From the NCBI RefSeq assembly GCF_009914755.1, contig NC_060944.1: a stretch of DNA of 64,000 nucleotides; one strand, given 5' to 3'. Made by a program: the position numbers and the translations under genes. Below the pieces are notes generated by a model that was not told the origin of the DNA, ran no database searches, and saw nothing but the letters and a program-made list of their open reading frames with translations. The stretch is from the human T2T-CHM13v2.0 reference genome, Homo sapiens. Below are positions 1 through 13,700 of the stretch, piece after piece (positions within the stretch are counted from its first letter, which is position 1; each line of letters opens with the position of its first letter).

Positions 1-29
1 GCTTCTGTCCCCGGATTTGCCAGCTGGGT

Positions 30-1400
30 GTTTCGTGTCACCGTATCCACGCCACGTGCAGTCTCTTGTGCGTGGCTTCTTTTCCTGAGCACTGTGCTTT
101 TGAGATTCACCTCCATGGTAGCTTGCACCTGTGCTTCGCTCCTGTTAAGTTCTGGGCTGCATGGACGGACTGCAGTGATCTGCTCATCCGCTGATGGGCA
201 TCTGGGTGGCCTCCACTTTTGGCTGGGAAGAGGCTGCTGTGGGTGTCCAGGCACACTCCTGCCTTCGGCTCTTTTAGGTGTTTTGCTCAGGATTTGAGAC
301 ACGTTTTCTCTCCCTCAGAGGAGCACCTGTTGAAGAATCATGACCTCTATCGAGCATTTACCTGGTCACGGACATTTTGCTGAAGAATTCACAAGTTCAT
401 ATAAGGACACGCTTCATCTCAAGTGTCCAGTTCAATGAGTTCTGACAGATACGGACAGTCGTGTGACTCCAGATCACAATGTAGGACGTTCTGGTCACCA
501 CGGGCTCCTGGATGCCTCTTCCTAGTGAGTTTCACCCCATGCCCTGCTTTCTATTGCAGGAGATTAATTCTCTTATAGGATTTTGTATAAATGGAACCAC
601 ACTGAGGCGGGAGGTGGGACTTGACCCTAGAGACAGGGCTGAAACTCTGGACCAGATTGAAGACTGGCTGAGACAGGGAAGAGGCATCTCTCCATAAGAT
701 ACCCACCAGTGCCAGGCCAGTTTACCATTGCCACGGCGACACTTGGGAGTTACTCCCCCTTTCCATGGTGATGACTTGGAAGTACCACTCTTTTTCTAAA
801 AATTCAGAATGCAGGTATGAATATGAGTGCAGCACTGCCTCTGAGCAGCTGCTCTGGGCTCGCTGCCTGTGGGGGAGTCCTACCTCACAAGGAGGGGTCC
901 CTCTGCTGCTGCTGTGCACGGCCGCTTCAATCAAAGCTGCTAACGCCACTGGCTCACCCTTAAATTCTTTCCTGGGCGAAGCCAAGAACCCCTGTGGGCT
1001 AAGCCCCAATTCTGGGGCTCACCTGCCCTGCAGTGGTGCTCTGTGTGGCTCTGATGTCTGCCAGAACAATGGACTGGAGGCCTGTGTGTGTGGCACATGT
1101 GCCTTGTGTGGGTGGCACTCTGCTCACCCATTCACCTGCAATGGCCGTCTGGGTCATTTGCACTTTTTGGTGATTGTGAACGGAGCTGCGATAAACATCC
1201 GTGTGCCGGTTTTCCAGGAACCCAGGCGCGGATGGCCAGGCCCTGTGATAAGCATCTGTGTAACTTTACAGGAAACTGCCCATCTGCTACCCACGGTGGC
1301 CATGCCCTTTCATTCCTGCCAGGGCACAGGAGCGTTCCAGTTCCTCCACGTCTTTTCCAACACTTGGTATTTTCTGCCTTTTAAATTTTAGTATTTCTTG
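30..1400 (-). mobile_element. Degenerate old L1 (L1M-type) fragments, interrupted by an LTR
   Basis: Antisense L1 3'-end-like phrases such as TTTTGTATAAATGGAA, GCTGCGATAAACATCCGTGTG and TTCCAGTTCCTCCACGTC. Confidence 0.55.
603..1033 (+). mobile_element. MER41-family (ERV1) solo LTR
   Basis: Starts TGAGGCGGGAGGTGGGACTTGAC, contains CAGTTTACCATTGCCA, ends GCCAAGAACCC...CTAAGCCCCAATTCTGGGGCTCACCTGCCCTGCA. Subfamily uncertain. Confidence 0.65.
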
Positions 1401-1426
1401 TTGGTATTTGTCGCAATTTAAAGATC

Positions 1427-1520
1427 AGAAAATGGAGGCTCAGAGAGGTGAAGTGAACTGTCCAGGCTGCACAGTGGGGAGGGCAGGGTCAGAACCTGCC
1501 CATGACCTTTGGACTGTGAC
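1427..1520 (+). mobile_element. MIR fragment
   Basis: GAAAATGGAGGCTCAGAGAGGTGAAGTGAACTGTCCAGGCTGCACAG matches the MIR core. Similar remnants near 3560, 12630, 17600, 36030, 43680, 55290 and 59450. Confidence 0.65.
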
Positions 1521-3679
1521 CCCACCTCTCAGACAGAGCTGGTCTGTGCTGGCCCCTGAGGCCCCAGACTGACCGCAAAGGCCTTCACTTCACACCACAG
1601 CCCCATGCCCCAGTGCCCCCTAAAGCCCTCAGTGGCCCCCCTGCCTCCAGCCCATTCCTGCCCTTCTCCTCCCTGCTCCAGCCATGCTGGTGCCTTCCTC
1701 TCCCCAGGGCCTTTGCACAGCTGCTCCTGCTGCCCCTCTCCCCTGGTTTTATCCTTCCCATGAGCCGGGAACAGCTCCCCTTGGCCAGCATGTGCCCTCA
1801 GCATTCATGCAGAGTGATGCATTTGAAATGACAGCAAGTGGCAGTTGATACCTTTCTGTCCTGAAAAGCGAGACCCAGGAGGGCAGAGACCAGGCCTGTC
1901 CTGTTGGCCCTGGGGGCTGTGCCTGGCAGCTGGTTGTTGATTTGGGCAGCACGAGTGTGGCCGGGAACACCCTGCTGAGCCTCACCCCGTCTAGAGATGG
2001 GAGGAAGCCAGGGGTCCACCTCCAGAAAAAGGCGCTGGAGGAATTATTAGTGGACACTTCAGCCTTGAGGAGAAGCAAGATAACCAGGACAGCATTTCCA
2101 CCCCAAGACTGGGGCTTCGGGGGGACATCCTGGGAGAGACCCCTCTGAAACTTCAATAGTGCCCCCGCAGGGTAGACAGGGACCCCACCTCAACTATGGG
2201 CACTGGGGGTCTTGAGGTAGCCTGGATGGTTCCCTGGCCTCCCCAAGGCCGTGGGAGGAAGGCCCTGGAGCAGGGGTCGGCCGTCTGCTACTGGGGACCA
2301 GGCAGGTCACTGCGCTCTGGGCGACACTGCCTGGGCTGACGCTGAGGTCTGTGTGGTCCGTTACAGTCCACGTTGCTTTCCTCAACACGCACAGTTACAT
2401 AAACGATGATAACACTTCATAAACATTTTTCTAACATGCGGAATGTTTGACATGAATTTCAGCTATTTTAAAATGAATAAACAATTGTCAATGTCCTGGC
2501 CGACAGGGAGCAGAAGCCACAGTGCTTTATGGAAGATGAAAGGCAGGAGAAAGGTCTCTTCTTTAGAGAAGAGGAAGGGAAAGAGACCCATCCTGTCCCT
2601 CTGACGGCAGGGCCTTCGGAGAGCAGCCCTGGGCTCGGGCTGTGGGCGGAAGGGCCAGTGGAGTCCAGAGGCGAGCGCCCCTTCCCATAGCCACCGACTG
2701 CCCGGGGCTCAGCGGGCAGGCAGGGAGACGCCTCAGGACTCACGGGTGAGGGGTGTTGGGCGGGGGCCATATGGGCTTGTGAGCATTGCTAGCTGCCGGG
2801 CCCTGGCCAGCTGCCCGCCTCAGAGCTACAGCTGGCGCCGGGGAGCTGGCAGCTGAGTGCCATCCTTCCAAAGACGTGGTGCTCCAGGGCGCATGGCCCG
2901 TGACCACCACCGGGGTGTGGAGACACCTGAATGGAGTCCTCACTGCCGGCCCGGCCTGCGCTGCCTGCTCTCGGCCTCCCTGTGTGTCGCGTGATGTTGT
3001 GTGCCAGGGTTGGGCGGTGGCTGTGTGAGGCCTGTGAGGACACACGCAAATGGGAGAGGGAGTGTGCATGGTGTCAGCATGGGGCAGTGGTGCGGAGTGA
3101 CTGGGTCAGGGGACCCCCACACCGGACAGCACTTCTGGGGCAGCAGTGGTGCAGGAGGGCTGCCGGGAGCTGGCAGAGCGTGGCTGGGGACAGCAGGGTC
3201 TTGGTGGAAAGGCCCCAGTTCCCTTGTGCAGAGAGAGAGGCCACCGCTGTCGCCAGGCTCTGGGGGGTCCTCATGAGGGCCCGGCCCCACCCTTCTGGGA
3301 TCAGGTGGGGGTGTGGCCAGATTCCATTGGAAAATGAGGGTAATTCCACAGGAAAAGCCTGGCCTGGGTGGATTCGAGAGGTGGCGCTTCCTCGGCCTCT
3401 CCTGTTACCCTCTCTTGGCGCCACAATGCTGAAAGGCACGCAGAGCACAGGGTGTTGGTGAAGCACTGATGTTTACCTGTGCTGTGCTGACAACGGCACA
3501 CTCAGCTTTCGGCGTGACTCCCTCCCTACCCCAGGCTCACCGCTAGGGAGACGGTGGTTTATCCTTCTATAGAGGAAGATACTGAGGGTCTGAGAGGCAC
3601 ACAGCAGGGAGGTCACTCGTGTCACAGGAAGATATGCTGAAGTTCTAAGCCCTGGAACCTGGGAGTGGTCCCTTGATCC

Positions 3680-4065
3680 CCAGTGACCTCGTGTGGGCAT
3701 AAGAGCTTTGGAGATGTGGTCAAGTTGAGATGAAGTCATGGAGGTCTGACCCACATGGCGGCGTCCTCACAGGAAGCTCACGTGATTGCGGACCCACAGG
3801 GAGCGCCTTGGAGAGGAGGCGCAGCCCGGAGTGAGGACGCCCAAGGCTCGCCAGAAGCAAAAAGAGTCTGTAGCAGGGCACCGTGTGCTCCCAGCAGCCC
3901 ACACTTAAACATGCATCCCAGCATCTCACAACACCCCTGGAGCCTGTATTGGGGTGCATTCGTGGCCTGGCCCACACCTTGATATTGGGGTCCTGGCCTC
4001 CATAGCTGGGAGAATGAATTTCTGTTGTAAGCTGCTCATTTTATGGAGGCCTAGGAACCTGAAAC
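3680..4065 (+). mobile_element. MLT1 (ERVL-MaLR) LTR remnant
   Basis: CTTTGGAGATGTGGTCAAGTTGAGATGAAGTCAT ... CCCACACCTTGAT...GAGAATGAATTTCTGTTGTAAG. Confidence 0.6.
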
Positions 4066-4725
4066 CATCCAGAAAGGCACTCTATAGACATTCGTGAGAG
4101 AATGAGGAAGTGCGAAATCCTTCAGTGTGCTGTCTGCGTCCACCAGCCAGGACTCAGGACTCCAGGTGAACCTCACAGCCTGGTGCTTCCCAAGTCTTGT
4201 TTTGAGGCTCAGTGCTGAGCCCACAGGCACCCTGAGGCTGGGCTTTGGGCTTCTCGCTCCTCATGTCTGGCTCATGAGTTGTTCTCCAGGCCTTTCCTTG
4301 CTGGGGGCCACTCCACCTTCCCAGGCCGATAACTTCCAAGCTATGGGTTGGCCCAGCTCACCCTGACCTGCTCTCTCTCTCCCTCCCTGCAGGGTGGGAT
4401 GCCGCTCCTGCTCTGCATCAACTTGCCCTGCCTGCTCCTCCTACCAGCTCTTCCCAGGGTGGCCTCCAAGCAGGTGTTCAGCCAGAATATGGCTAAGTGG
4501 TGTGTGCAGCTGTATCCACCAGCAGGGCCTGGCTTGAGGACCCAGAACCCTGGCCCCACACCTGTGAGCTGGAACACCTGCACAGCAGTGCCACATGCTA
4601 CTGGGGCTGAGGGTGCAGACACTGTCAGGCTCCCCCCAGGTCCTTGGACCCCTGTTACTGGGTTGAGGCACGCATGTCTCCACAGCTGTGTGCACTCCAA
4701 GCAGCCTACCCCTAAGTGCACCCCA

Positions 4726-4786
4726 GCAGCCCACACCTGTGCCCTGAGCAGCCCACACCTGTGCCCTGAGCAGCTCACACCTGTGT
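4726..4786. repeat. 22-bp tandem repeat x3 (GCAGCCCACACCTGTGCCCTGA)
   Basis: Units start at 4726, 4748 and 4770. Confidence 0.85.
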
Positions 4787-7689
4787 CTCCAGCAGCCACC
4801 ACCCGTCACTTCTGAGAATTGCTCTAGGAAACCAGAGCCACCTTACCAGGAAGGGCCTGGGAGTTTGTGTCTTCTCATCAGCCCCCCAGGCAGCCCATAA
4901 CCAATGGCTGAGCAGTGTTGGGGTAACACTCGGCCCCTGCCTCTGAATGGGAGAACCTCTGTGGTGCAATTCATGCTCCAGGGCTCCTCGCTGGAGCAGA
5001 CTGAGGCTGGACGCCTCCAGGACCCCATTCTTTCTCAGCCCTCCCTACCCTGCCCTGCCTGCCTACCCCGCCCTTCCTCCCTCACCTTTCTCCTGAATGC
5101 AGCCTCAATGTGCATTCTAAGATGCTTGGTCTTAGGCTCTGCTTCTGGAGAACCCGACCCAGCAGGACAGAGGTCCCAACCTGGGTAGACACCACTGTGA
5201 TGGATGAGTGTGCGTTCATTGTGACGTTCCTGGAGTTGTGATTGCTTTTTAGTTCCATGCGTTTCCCCGGTCAACAGAGGCTGAGCGCTCAGTGCCTGCC
5301 CTGTGGGGTCGTCTCCTAGAGCAGCAGCCACATTCTGGAACAGCCTGGCTTTCCTGCTGGGAAATGGGGTGTCCAGGGGTGTGGACTTTGCCTGGTTGGG
5401 GACAGGATCTGCCTTGAGGCAATGGCTGGTTGCTGACTGAGGGGTGTCCATGTCACCCTGAGGGTTGGGTTCCTCACCAGGGCCCAGAATGTTCTTTTTA
5501 CAGAATTGACCACTCCTTTGGTACCCACCCAGGTCTTAGGTAATCCCTCTGGCTCAGGACACCCGTTCCAGCTCCATATCTCAGTCCAGAGGGAGATGCT
5601 GTCAAGGGGATGATGCGGGTGTTGCTGGCCCCCCACCTGTGGTGATGCCGGGGCCCAGGAGGAGGGAATGGGGTTACCTCTAGGGGACAAGGGGGACTTG
5701 TGTGTCTTTAAGCAATTTTAAGGATGAGTTTTTTTGGTGTGTGTTTTTAATATTTTGCAAATGATTTTTATAAAAGTAGCTCTCTGGGAGGGAAGCCATG
5801 GAGGATGGGAAAGGGCCCAGACTGAGGCTCCTCCAAAGATACTGGGTGTCACTGCAGAGCCAGTCCCTGGGAGACGCCAGGTGGAGGATCTGGGGTGGGG
5901 CTGGGGGCACAGCGGGAGGCCTCATGGTTTGCAGCGAGCAGAGGCAGAGGGTCCCACCTACCTGACCTGAGCCCTGCTGTCTGTGCTTGGCTGGGTGTCA
6001 CTGACTGGTTTGCAAAGTTCCACGCCATGTTGGCCAAGGTCGGGGTCAGCTCAGAGGGCACAGGAGAACCTAGGCTCATAGCAGAGTTCCCAGGCAGAGC
6101 CGGAGCGCTTGCCCCAGCACAGTGGGCTTTGCATCTGCTGGGTGCTTGTTCTGTTGGGATGCGCCTAGGACCCCTGGAGGGTGCCTGGCCCAGGTGTCTG
6201 GAGCTGAAGGGGCAACTCTGGGTGCTCCACTCAGCTCTGCCCTGTAGAGGGGCTGGCAGCCTTAGGGGTGTCCTGCAGGCTTCGGGGGCTTCGGAGGCTC
6301 CTGCAGTCTGTGTCTGAAGGGCTGTTTGGCGCTCCTTCCCAGCTTGCTCCCCACACAAGGGCCCAGTGACCTGCCCTCTGCTCCCAGGGTCACCAGCGTC
6401 CAGCCTGGTGTGCTGCCCCATCCACAGCATATAGCCCAGGCCCCTCCTCTCCTCCAGCTATTCTTCCTCTCACACCTTTGGGGATCCCCTTCCTCAACCC
6501 CCCCCTTGCTGGAGACTCCCCTAGGCCATTGCTCCTGCATACCCTGGCTGGGTCTTAGCTGGGCCTAGGAAAAGACAGCGCATGCCTCTTCTTCCTTGGG
6601 GGCAGGGGTAGGTAGAGCCTTCCCAGCGAGGGCAAGGGCGAGGGCGGTGAAGACACAGAAAACCCTGCCAGGTGCCTTGTGACCCTGAGAGGAGGGGGCG
6701 TACCCTGGGGGACTGGGTGCAGGGAGACCTGCCTGTGAGGCAGCCTACAGGCCAGCCTGGGCCTTCCTCCTTCCTCCACAGAGGATGCCTCCTGAACACT
6801 GACGGGCTGTGAGGACTCCACATGCGTCTCTCTGAGCCACTGCAGCTCCCCTCGGGGCCGGCACCGATGTAAACCCATTTTGAGGGCGAGCACATGGATT
6901 CTCAGAGACGCTGAATCACTCGCTCCAGGGCATGCGGCCACTGGGGCTGAGAGCCAGGGGTGAGTCCAGGCCAGTCTGCTCATGGTCAGCCCTGGGTGAT
7001 GGTCAGTCAGGGTCAGGGTCGGTCGGGGTCACAACCAGCCAAGGTCATAGTCAGGGTCATGGCCAGCCAGGATCAGGGTTGGTTGGGGTCACGGTCAGTC
7101 AGGGTCTTGGTCAGGGTCATGGTCAGCTGGCTGGGGTTGAAGCAAGACTTTCAGGTTCTCTCTGGTGTGCTGCAGGCCCCCAGGTGGGTTAGGAAGCCCC
7201 ACCGTGGCAGAGAGACGTCCCTGGACCCTGGGGTCCAATGCGCTTGCCGTGCAGGTGGAGGAACTGATGCCCGGAGCAGAGATGACCCTGCCTCTCACCA
7301 AGTCCACACTGTGCTGTCGTAGTGGGGCTGGTGGGACCTTGGTAACGCTGGGGCCCCCCATGCCCTGCGGATTCCTGCATTTGTGGGGGCCAGAGGGGAA
7401 AGTGGGGCTAGTAGAACAGCTTGGACACAAGGACACTGCCCAGGAATAACCACATGTCTACCGTGGAAGATTTTAAATCCTGGGAAATAAATACACACCA
7501 CCAATGAAGAAACAGTCACCCACAGCCGGCCACCCCCAGTTATACTACTACTATTTCCATTATATGTTTCCATGTGTATACATTTGTCTATGTATCTATG
7601 TGTCTATCTGCCAATCATCTATCTATTGTTACGGTTATAGTTATTTTCTTTTTCCTCCTTTTACAAAAATGGGGGGGTCATCTTGAGCT

Positions 7690-8700
<1,011 letters not shown>

Positions 8701-9779
8701 TTCCTTCTCATTTGTTTGTAGTGTTGTGGACATGAGGGTAAACCTGGATGTAGACATGCCTGTCAATCTTCCCTTCCTCTGACCTCCAAACCGACCCTGG
8801 GACTCATGCTGGGGCAAGCTGGGAGTCCTTTGGGATTCCACATTGAGGCCAGTTCTTGAACAGTGCAGAGGAATCTGAGTGGGATATTGCTGGTCAACTC
8901 AAGGCAGGGCTGGGGCCCAGGGATGAACAGAGGTGGTGCCGGGTGTACAGCAGGTGTTTACACCATCCTTGTTGAATTAAAACACAGCTGGTAGGTGACC
9001 AGGAAGGGAGGCTAAAAATGAAGAGCAATGAGAGAGGTGAGGAGCAATGAGGGAGGTGAGGAGCAATGGCCCATGACCACAGGTCTCAGGCTGGGGCGGC
9101 TGGGGGCTCAGCCCTGCCTGGGCATGGATCTCAATGTCCAATCTCACCATCTTGACTCAGCATTCTTTTTCCATCTGGTGAACTCCTACACGTCCCTCAG
9201 AACCCCGAGTGCTCGCTTGTCCCTATTCTTGCAGTGCTTCACCTGTGCAGGCCCCTACTGGAGTGGCCCCACTCAGTGATGAAACCGTTGCTCATAGCTG
9301 GGTGGTCCTGGGATGCCTCATCTGTGCAGCGGGGAAGGGGATGAACCAGCCCCTTCATCTCAGGGTTGGGATGAGGATTCAGGAGCTAACCGTGCAAAGG
9401 GCTTGGTGCCCCAGGGGGTGGGAGAGGTGGATGGAGAAGCCACTCCCATACCTGCCAGCCACCAGTCCCCAGGCTGGGCCTCGTCCCCCATGCCTGGGGC
9501 AGGAGAAGGAGGGTGGAGGAAGGGAGCAGCCTGGCCAGCTTCTGGGGCTGTAGGGCTGGGGCTGATCAGTAGACCCGTCACTCAGAGTTTGATATTACTC
9601 ATGGCTGTAAAAGTGATCCCCAGCATGGCTCGGGGGTTTCAGAGAGAATGTCCCACTAAGTGTAGCCCCTTCTCCAGCCTCTTGGCAACTGTGGCTGCTG
9701 GCACTGAGGAAGGAATCTTGGGGTCATCCCGGGCCACATGTGCCCATCCTGCTGTCTACAGCTGTAGCTGCGGCCACAC

Positions 9780-9940
9780 GTGCACACCACCGTGCCCAGA
9801 TCATTCTTTTGTATTTTTTTGTAGAGATGGGGTTCTGCCATGTTGCCCAGGCTGCTCTTGAACTCCTGAGCTCAAGCAGTCCGTCTGCCTCGGCCTCCCA
9901 AAGTGCTGTGGTTACAGGCATGAGCCACGGCGCCTGGGCT
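9780..9940 (-). mobile_element. Partial AluJ/FLAM (left arm)
   Basis: TTTTGTAGAGATGGGG...CTCCTGAGCTCAAG...CCCAAAGTGCTG...GAGCCAC. Confidence 0.85.
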
Positions 9941-10011
9941 CCTAAACTGATTTTTAATGACACGAGTAATACAGGAACACATTCTCCTTCTAAATAGAAT
10001 TCTAACGGCGG

Positions 10012-10108
10012 GGGCCCTCGAGCCGCGGCATCATCCCAGCACCCCCAGCCTCACTGCGAGGGCCCTCGAGCTGTGGCATCATCCCAGCGCCCCCAGCTTC
10101 ACTGTGAG
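10012..10108. repeat. ~49-bp tandem duplication
   Basis: GGGCCCTCGAGCYGYGGCATCATCCCAGCRCCCCCAGCYTCACTGYGA occurs twice. Confidence 0.85.
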
Positions 10109-10791
10109 GTGGCTGAGGTTCCCAGCAGGACATCTGTCCTTCTGGCCTGAGAGTCCGCTGTTGGGTGCCGGTCTCACCTGGCAGCAGGTTTCTCTATGGA
10201 GCAGTGAGACAGGAGGTTTCCTCAGCAGATCACCCAGAAACGGGGCTCTGCCATGGAGCCCCCGGACTGATGGGCTTGGGGGGCTTTCATTCTCCGCAGT
10301 GACAGGCAGGGCCGTGGGATCCTGCTCCACGCCTCTTCTACTCACGCCTTACGCTGAGCTGCCCAGGACACTCCCAGGGCTGTTTTACCCACACGAGGCA
10401 CAGAGAAGGTAGTGGCCTGCTCAAGGCCACACAGCGAGGCTGCGTAGAGCTGCTGCTTGAGCCAGCGTGGCCTGGCCTGGGCTCCAAACGGCCTGCACCT
10501 GCCCTTCCCCGAGGACGGTGTTAGATGTAGGCACGCCACTCACCCATCCAGGTCTCACCTCCTGGTGTTTGGAGGACCCTAGGTGGGGCGGGGCCCGGGG
10601 ATCTGTGTTCACACTGCCCAGCAGCAGGGGAGGCACACAGTGGGCTCTGGACTGTGGGCACTTGCCAGCTATACTTGGGGACAGAGTGGGTCCTCCTCGG
10701 CACCCTCCATCATGTATTCACACACGGGTCATTCGCTCGTTCACACGCTGGCTCCTCTGCCCAGCATGTGCCATTTGCTCAGCTCCGCGTG

Positions 10792-11300
10792 GGCGGCAGA
10801 GGGGCACAGGTGGCGAGGGCAGGGCGGGGGCCGGGGGCCACAGGTGGTGAGGGCAGGGCAGGGCGGCAGAGGGGCACAGGTGGCGAGGGTGGGGCGGGGG
10901 CGGCAGAGGGGCACAGGTGGCGAGGGCAGGGTGGGGGCCGGGGGCCACAGGTGGCGAGGGCAGGGCAGGGCAGCAGAGGGGCACAAGTGGCGAGGGCAGG
11001 GCGGGGGCCGGGGGCCACAGGTGGTGAGAGCAGGTCAGGGCGGCAGAGGGGCACAGGTGGTGAGGGCAGGGCGGGGGCCGGGGGCCACAGGTGGTGAGGG
11101 CAGGGCAGGGCGGCAGAGGGGCACAGGTGGCGAGGGCGGGGCGGGGGCGGCAGAGGGGCACAGGTGCTGAGGGCAGGGCGGGGGCGGCAGAGGGGCACAG
11201 GTGGCGAGGGCGGGGTGGGGGCGGCAGAGGGGCACAGGTGGTGAGGGCGGGGTGGGGGCGGCAGAGGGGCACAGGTGGTGAGGGCAGGGCGGGGGCCCGG
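10792..11300. repeat. G-rich minisatellite (~33-39-bp units around GGGGC(C)ACAGGTGGYGAGGGC, ~14 units)
   Basis: Directly visible; explains the repetitive ORFs in all frames here. Confidence 0.93.
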
Positions 11301-12869
11301 GGCCTGCTCTCCAGAGCCACACAAACCTGGCCAGATGGCTCCTGACTGGGACCTCCCAGGGCACATCCTCCTGTCCCTCCTTCTCTGTGCTCGCTGCCAA
11401 CCACCACCCAAAGCAGCAGCCCCAGGAGGGACCAGGGCCCCCTCTTATCAGCAGCCTCCCCCAGGCCTGGCCGCAGCGTTCTCCCTGGAAAACCTGAGTC
11501 TCCACTCCCTGCTGCTGGCTCCCACCAGGCCCCTTCCTCACCAGGGGCATCAGCAGACGCCTCCGCCTGGCAGCAGACACCGGCACGACCCTCACCCCGC
11601 CTGGGTGGCCAAGCTGCTCTGGGGAGCTGGCTGGAAGACTACGTGGAAACCCCACCCCATCTATCACTGAGCCGGGGTCTGCCTGTGGGCCTGGGGGCTC
11701 TGACGGGGAAGGCTCAGCTTCTCTGCATGCTGACTCAGCCCTTCATCTGTGGGGCTGGAACGACAGCCACAGGGGTGTGGCTGGCCAGGGTTGAGATGGG
11801 GAGCAAAGCCCCTGTCCCCATTCCCTATCGGTTTCATGGAGGAGACTGAGGTGTGGTGTCCCAGACCCTCCCCTCCCCTCCTCCTGTCCCCTGGGGAGGT
11901 CACCAGGGGCAGCGTCCTGCCCCTGCACCCAGCTCTCTGTTCCCACCCATACCTTGGAGCCATGCGCAGCCTCCCACCCACCCATGAAGATGTAGCCCTG
12001 GCCTCAACCCAGCCCGGGTCACCGCACATTTGTCCATGTGGTCGTTCATTCGTATAGCAACTACGAATAATCCTCTATAGCCTGGCGCGCCCTCGCCTGT
12101 GGGCTTGGAAATGGGGAATCGGGGTCCCGTGGAGCCATCTCCTCCGGCTCAGTGGCCCCAAGTCAGGCTGGCTGGTCCCTGCTGAGCTGTGGGGCCGGCG
12201 TAAAGCTCACGTGGACTGTGAATACCTGGGTCAAACGGAAGAACCACTCGCCACGTGTTATGCTGATAACGGGCTGAGCTGATGACATTTCTGACGCGCT
12301 GGGTTAGCGTACATCGTTAAAATAATCTGTTTCTTTTTCCTTTTCTTAGCACGGCCACTAGCACGTTTGAAGTCACACACAGGGTAGCGCCGGCCTGGAC
12401 AGAGGCGGACATCTGACAAGCGGGCCAATGAGGATGACATCTCGGACGGTAGTCACTGCTACAACGAAAGTCAGTGCCCCACCTTGCCCAGCCGCAGGGT
12501 GGACCCTAAGCAGCTCGCCCCACCCAGCCCGTCCTGCCTGCTCTGTCCCTCCCAACCCTGCAATGGGCAGATTTCTGGGGGGCAGTCTCTGACCCACTGT
12601 GGCCCAGGTACAGAACCCCGCCTTCAAGTCTCTGGGCCTCAGTTTTCTCATCTGTGTGTTGGGGACAAAGACGCCGCCCGGCCATCTCACCAGGCTGCCG
12701 AGCAGCGCGGAAGAGCTCTGGCTGTGAGGTCAGAGGCCCTTTGTTTGAAAGGTCCAGGCCCATAGGGGTGCATGGGTTGTGGTCTTGGGTGATATTAGAA
12801 AAGCTAAGTCCTCTCTCCTGGGCAGATGACACCAGAGGGAGGGTGCGAAGGTGGTGGAGAGGCCGGTGG

Positions 12870-13292
12870 CCTGGTGTGGGCTGTCATAGGAAAGTGCCGC
12901 AGACCAGGTGGCCGAAACAGTGGAAATCCGTTGTCTTGCAGTTCCAGAGTTCACAAGTCCGTGTAATGGAGGCATCGGCCGGCCTGGTTCCTTGAGAGGG
13001 GGTGAGGGATCTGCTTCCCACTTCCGGCTTCTGGGGCTGTGCCGCAGTTTCTGCTGCTCTTCTGCTTGTGGAAGCATCATGGTCTCTGTCTTCACCTCAC
13101 ACCTGCTCCCTGTGCCCGTCTGTGCCCAATTTCCCCTTTTCTCAGGGCCCAGACATCTTAGATAAGGGCTCACCCCAACCTAGCATGACCTCATCTTAGC
13201 CAATTACGTTACCAGTGACCCTATTTCCAAATAAGGCCACTTCCTGGGGTGCTGGGGAAAGGACTTCAACGTGAAGTTTTGGGAGACACAGG
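12870..13292 (-). mobile_element. MLT1 (ERVL-MaLR) LTR
   Basis: ATGACCTCATCTTAG...GACCCTATTTCCAAATAAGGCCAC...AGGACTTCAAC...TTTTGGGAGACACA, an antisense MLT1 signature. Confidence 0.75.
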
Positions 13293-13441
13293 TGCGCCCA
13301 CATCACCAGGGGTGTGTGAGCATGATGAGCAGCTCGGGGCTCTGGACCTGTCTGCGGGAGCTCCGAGTCCCACGGCACTTGGAGCTGGTTGAGAATGGGG
13401 CTGGGAGCCCCAGGTCAGGTTGAATTGGTGCTGGGGACACA

Positions 13442-13700
13442 TGTCTCGTCCCTGGTTCCCCCAGGCTTTATTATGACGCACAGTTTCCCGAGAAGCGGAG
13501 TCTGAGATGGAGATTTTTGTACAAGGGACTCACTGAGAGGTACTCCCAGGAGAAAGTGGGGGTGAGACGCAGGACTGGGGGAGCTGAGCTGGGAGGGGCT
13601 CTCAGCCACAGCCCAGCCACAGCCCCAGAGCCTGAAACGCACCCCAGAGTCAGCCCCACTCACTCAGAAGGGGGGTCCCTGCACCCTCCTCTGGCAGCCA
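13442..13700. mobile_element. Probable LTR33-family (ERVL) fragment
   Basis: GTTTCCCGAGAAGCGGAGTCTGAGATGGAGATTTTTGTAC resembles LTR33 consensus. Confidence 0.4.

Noticed and set aside
603-1033. Interferon-inducible MER41 enhancer
   Set aside because: That activity depends on tandem GAS sites of MER41B-type copies; I see no TTCNNNGAA pair in this LTR.
10583-11667. Overlapping repetitive ORFs
   Set aside because: Translation of a minisatellite.
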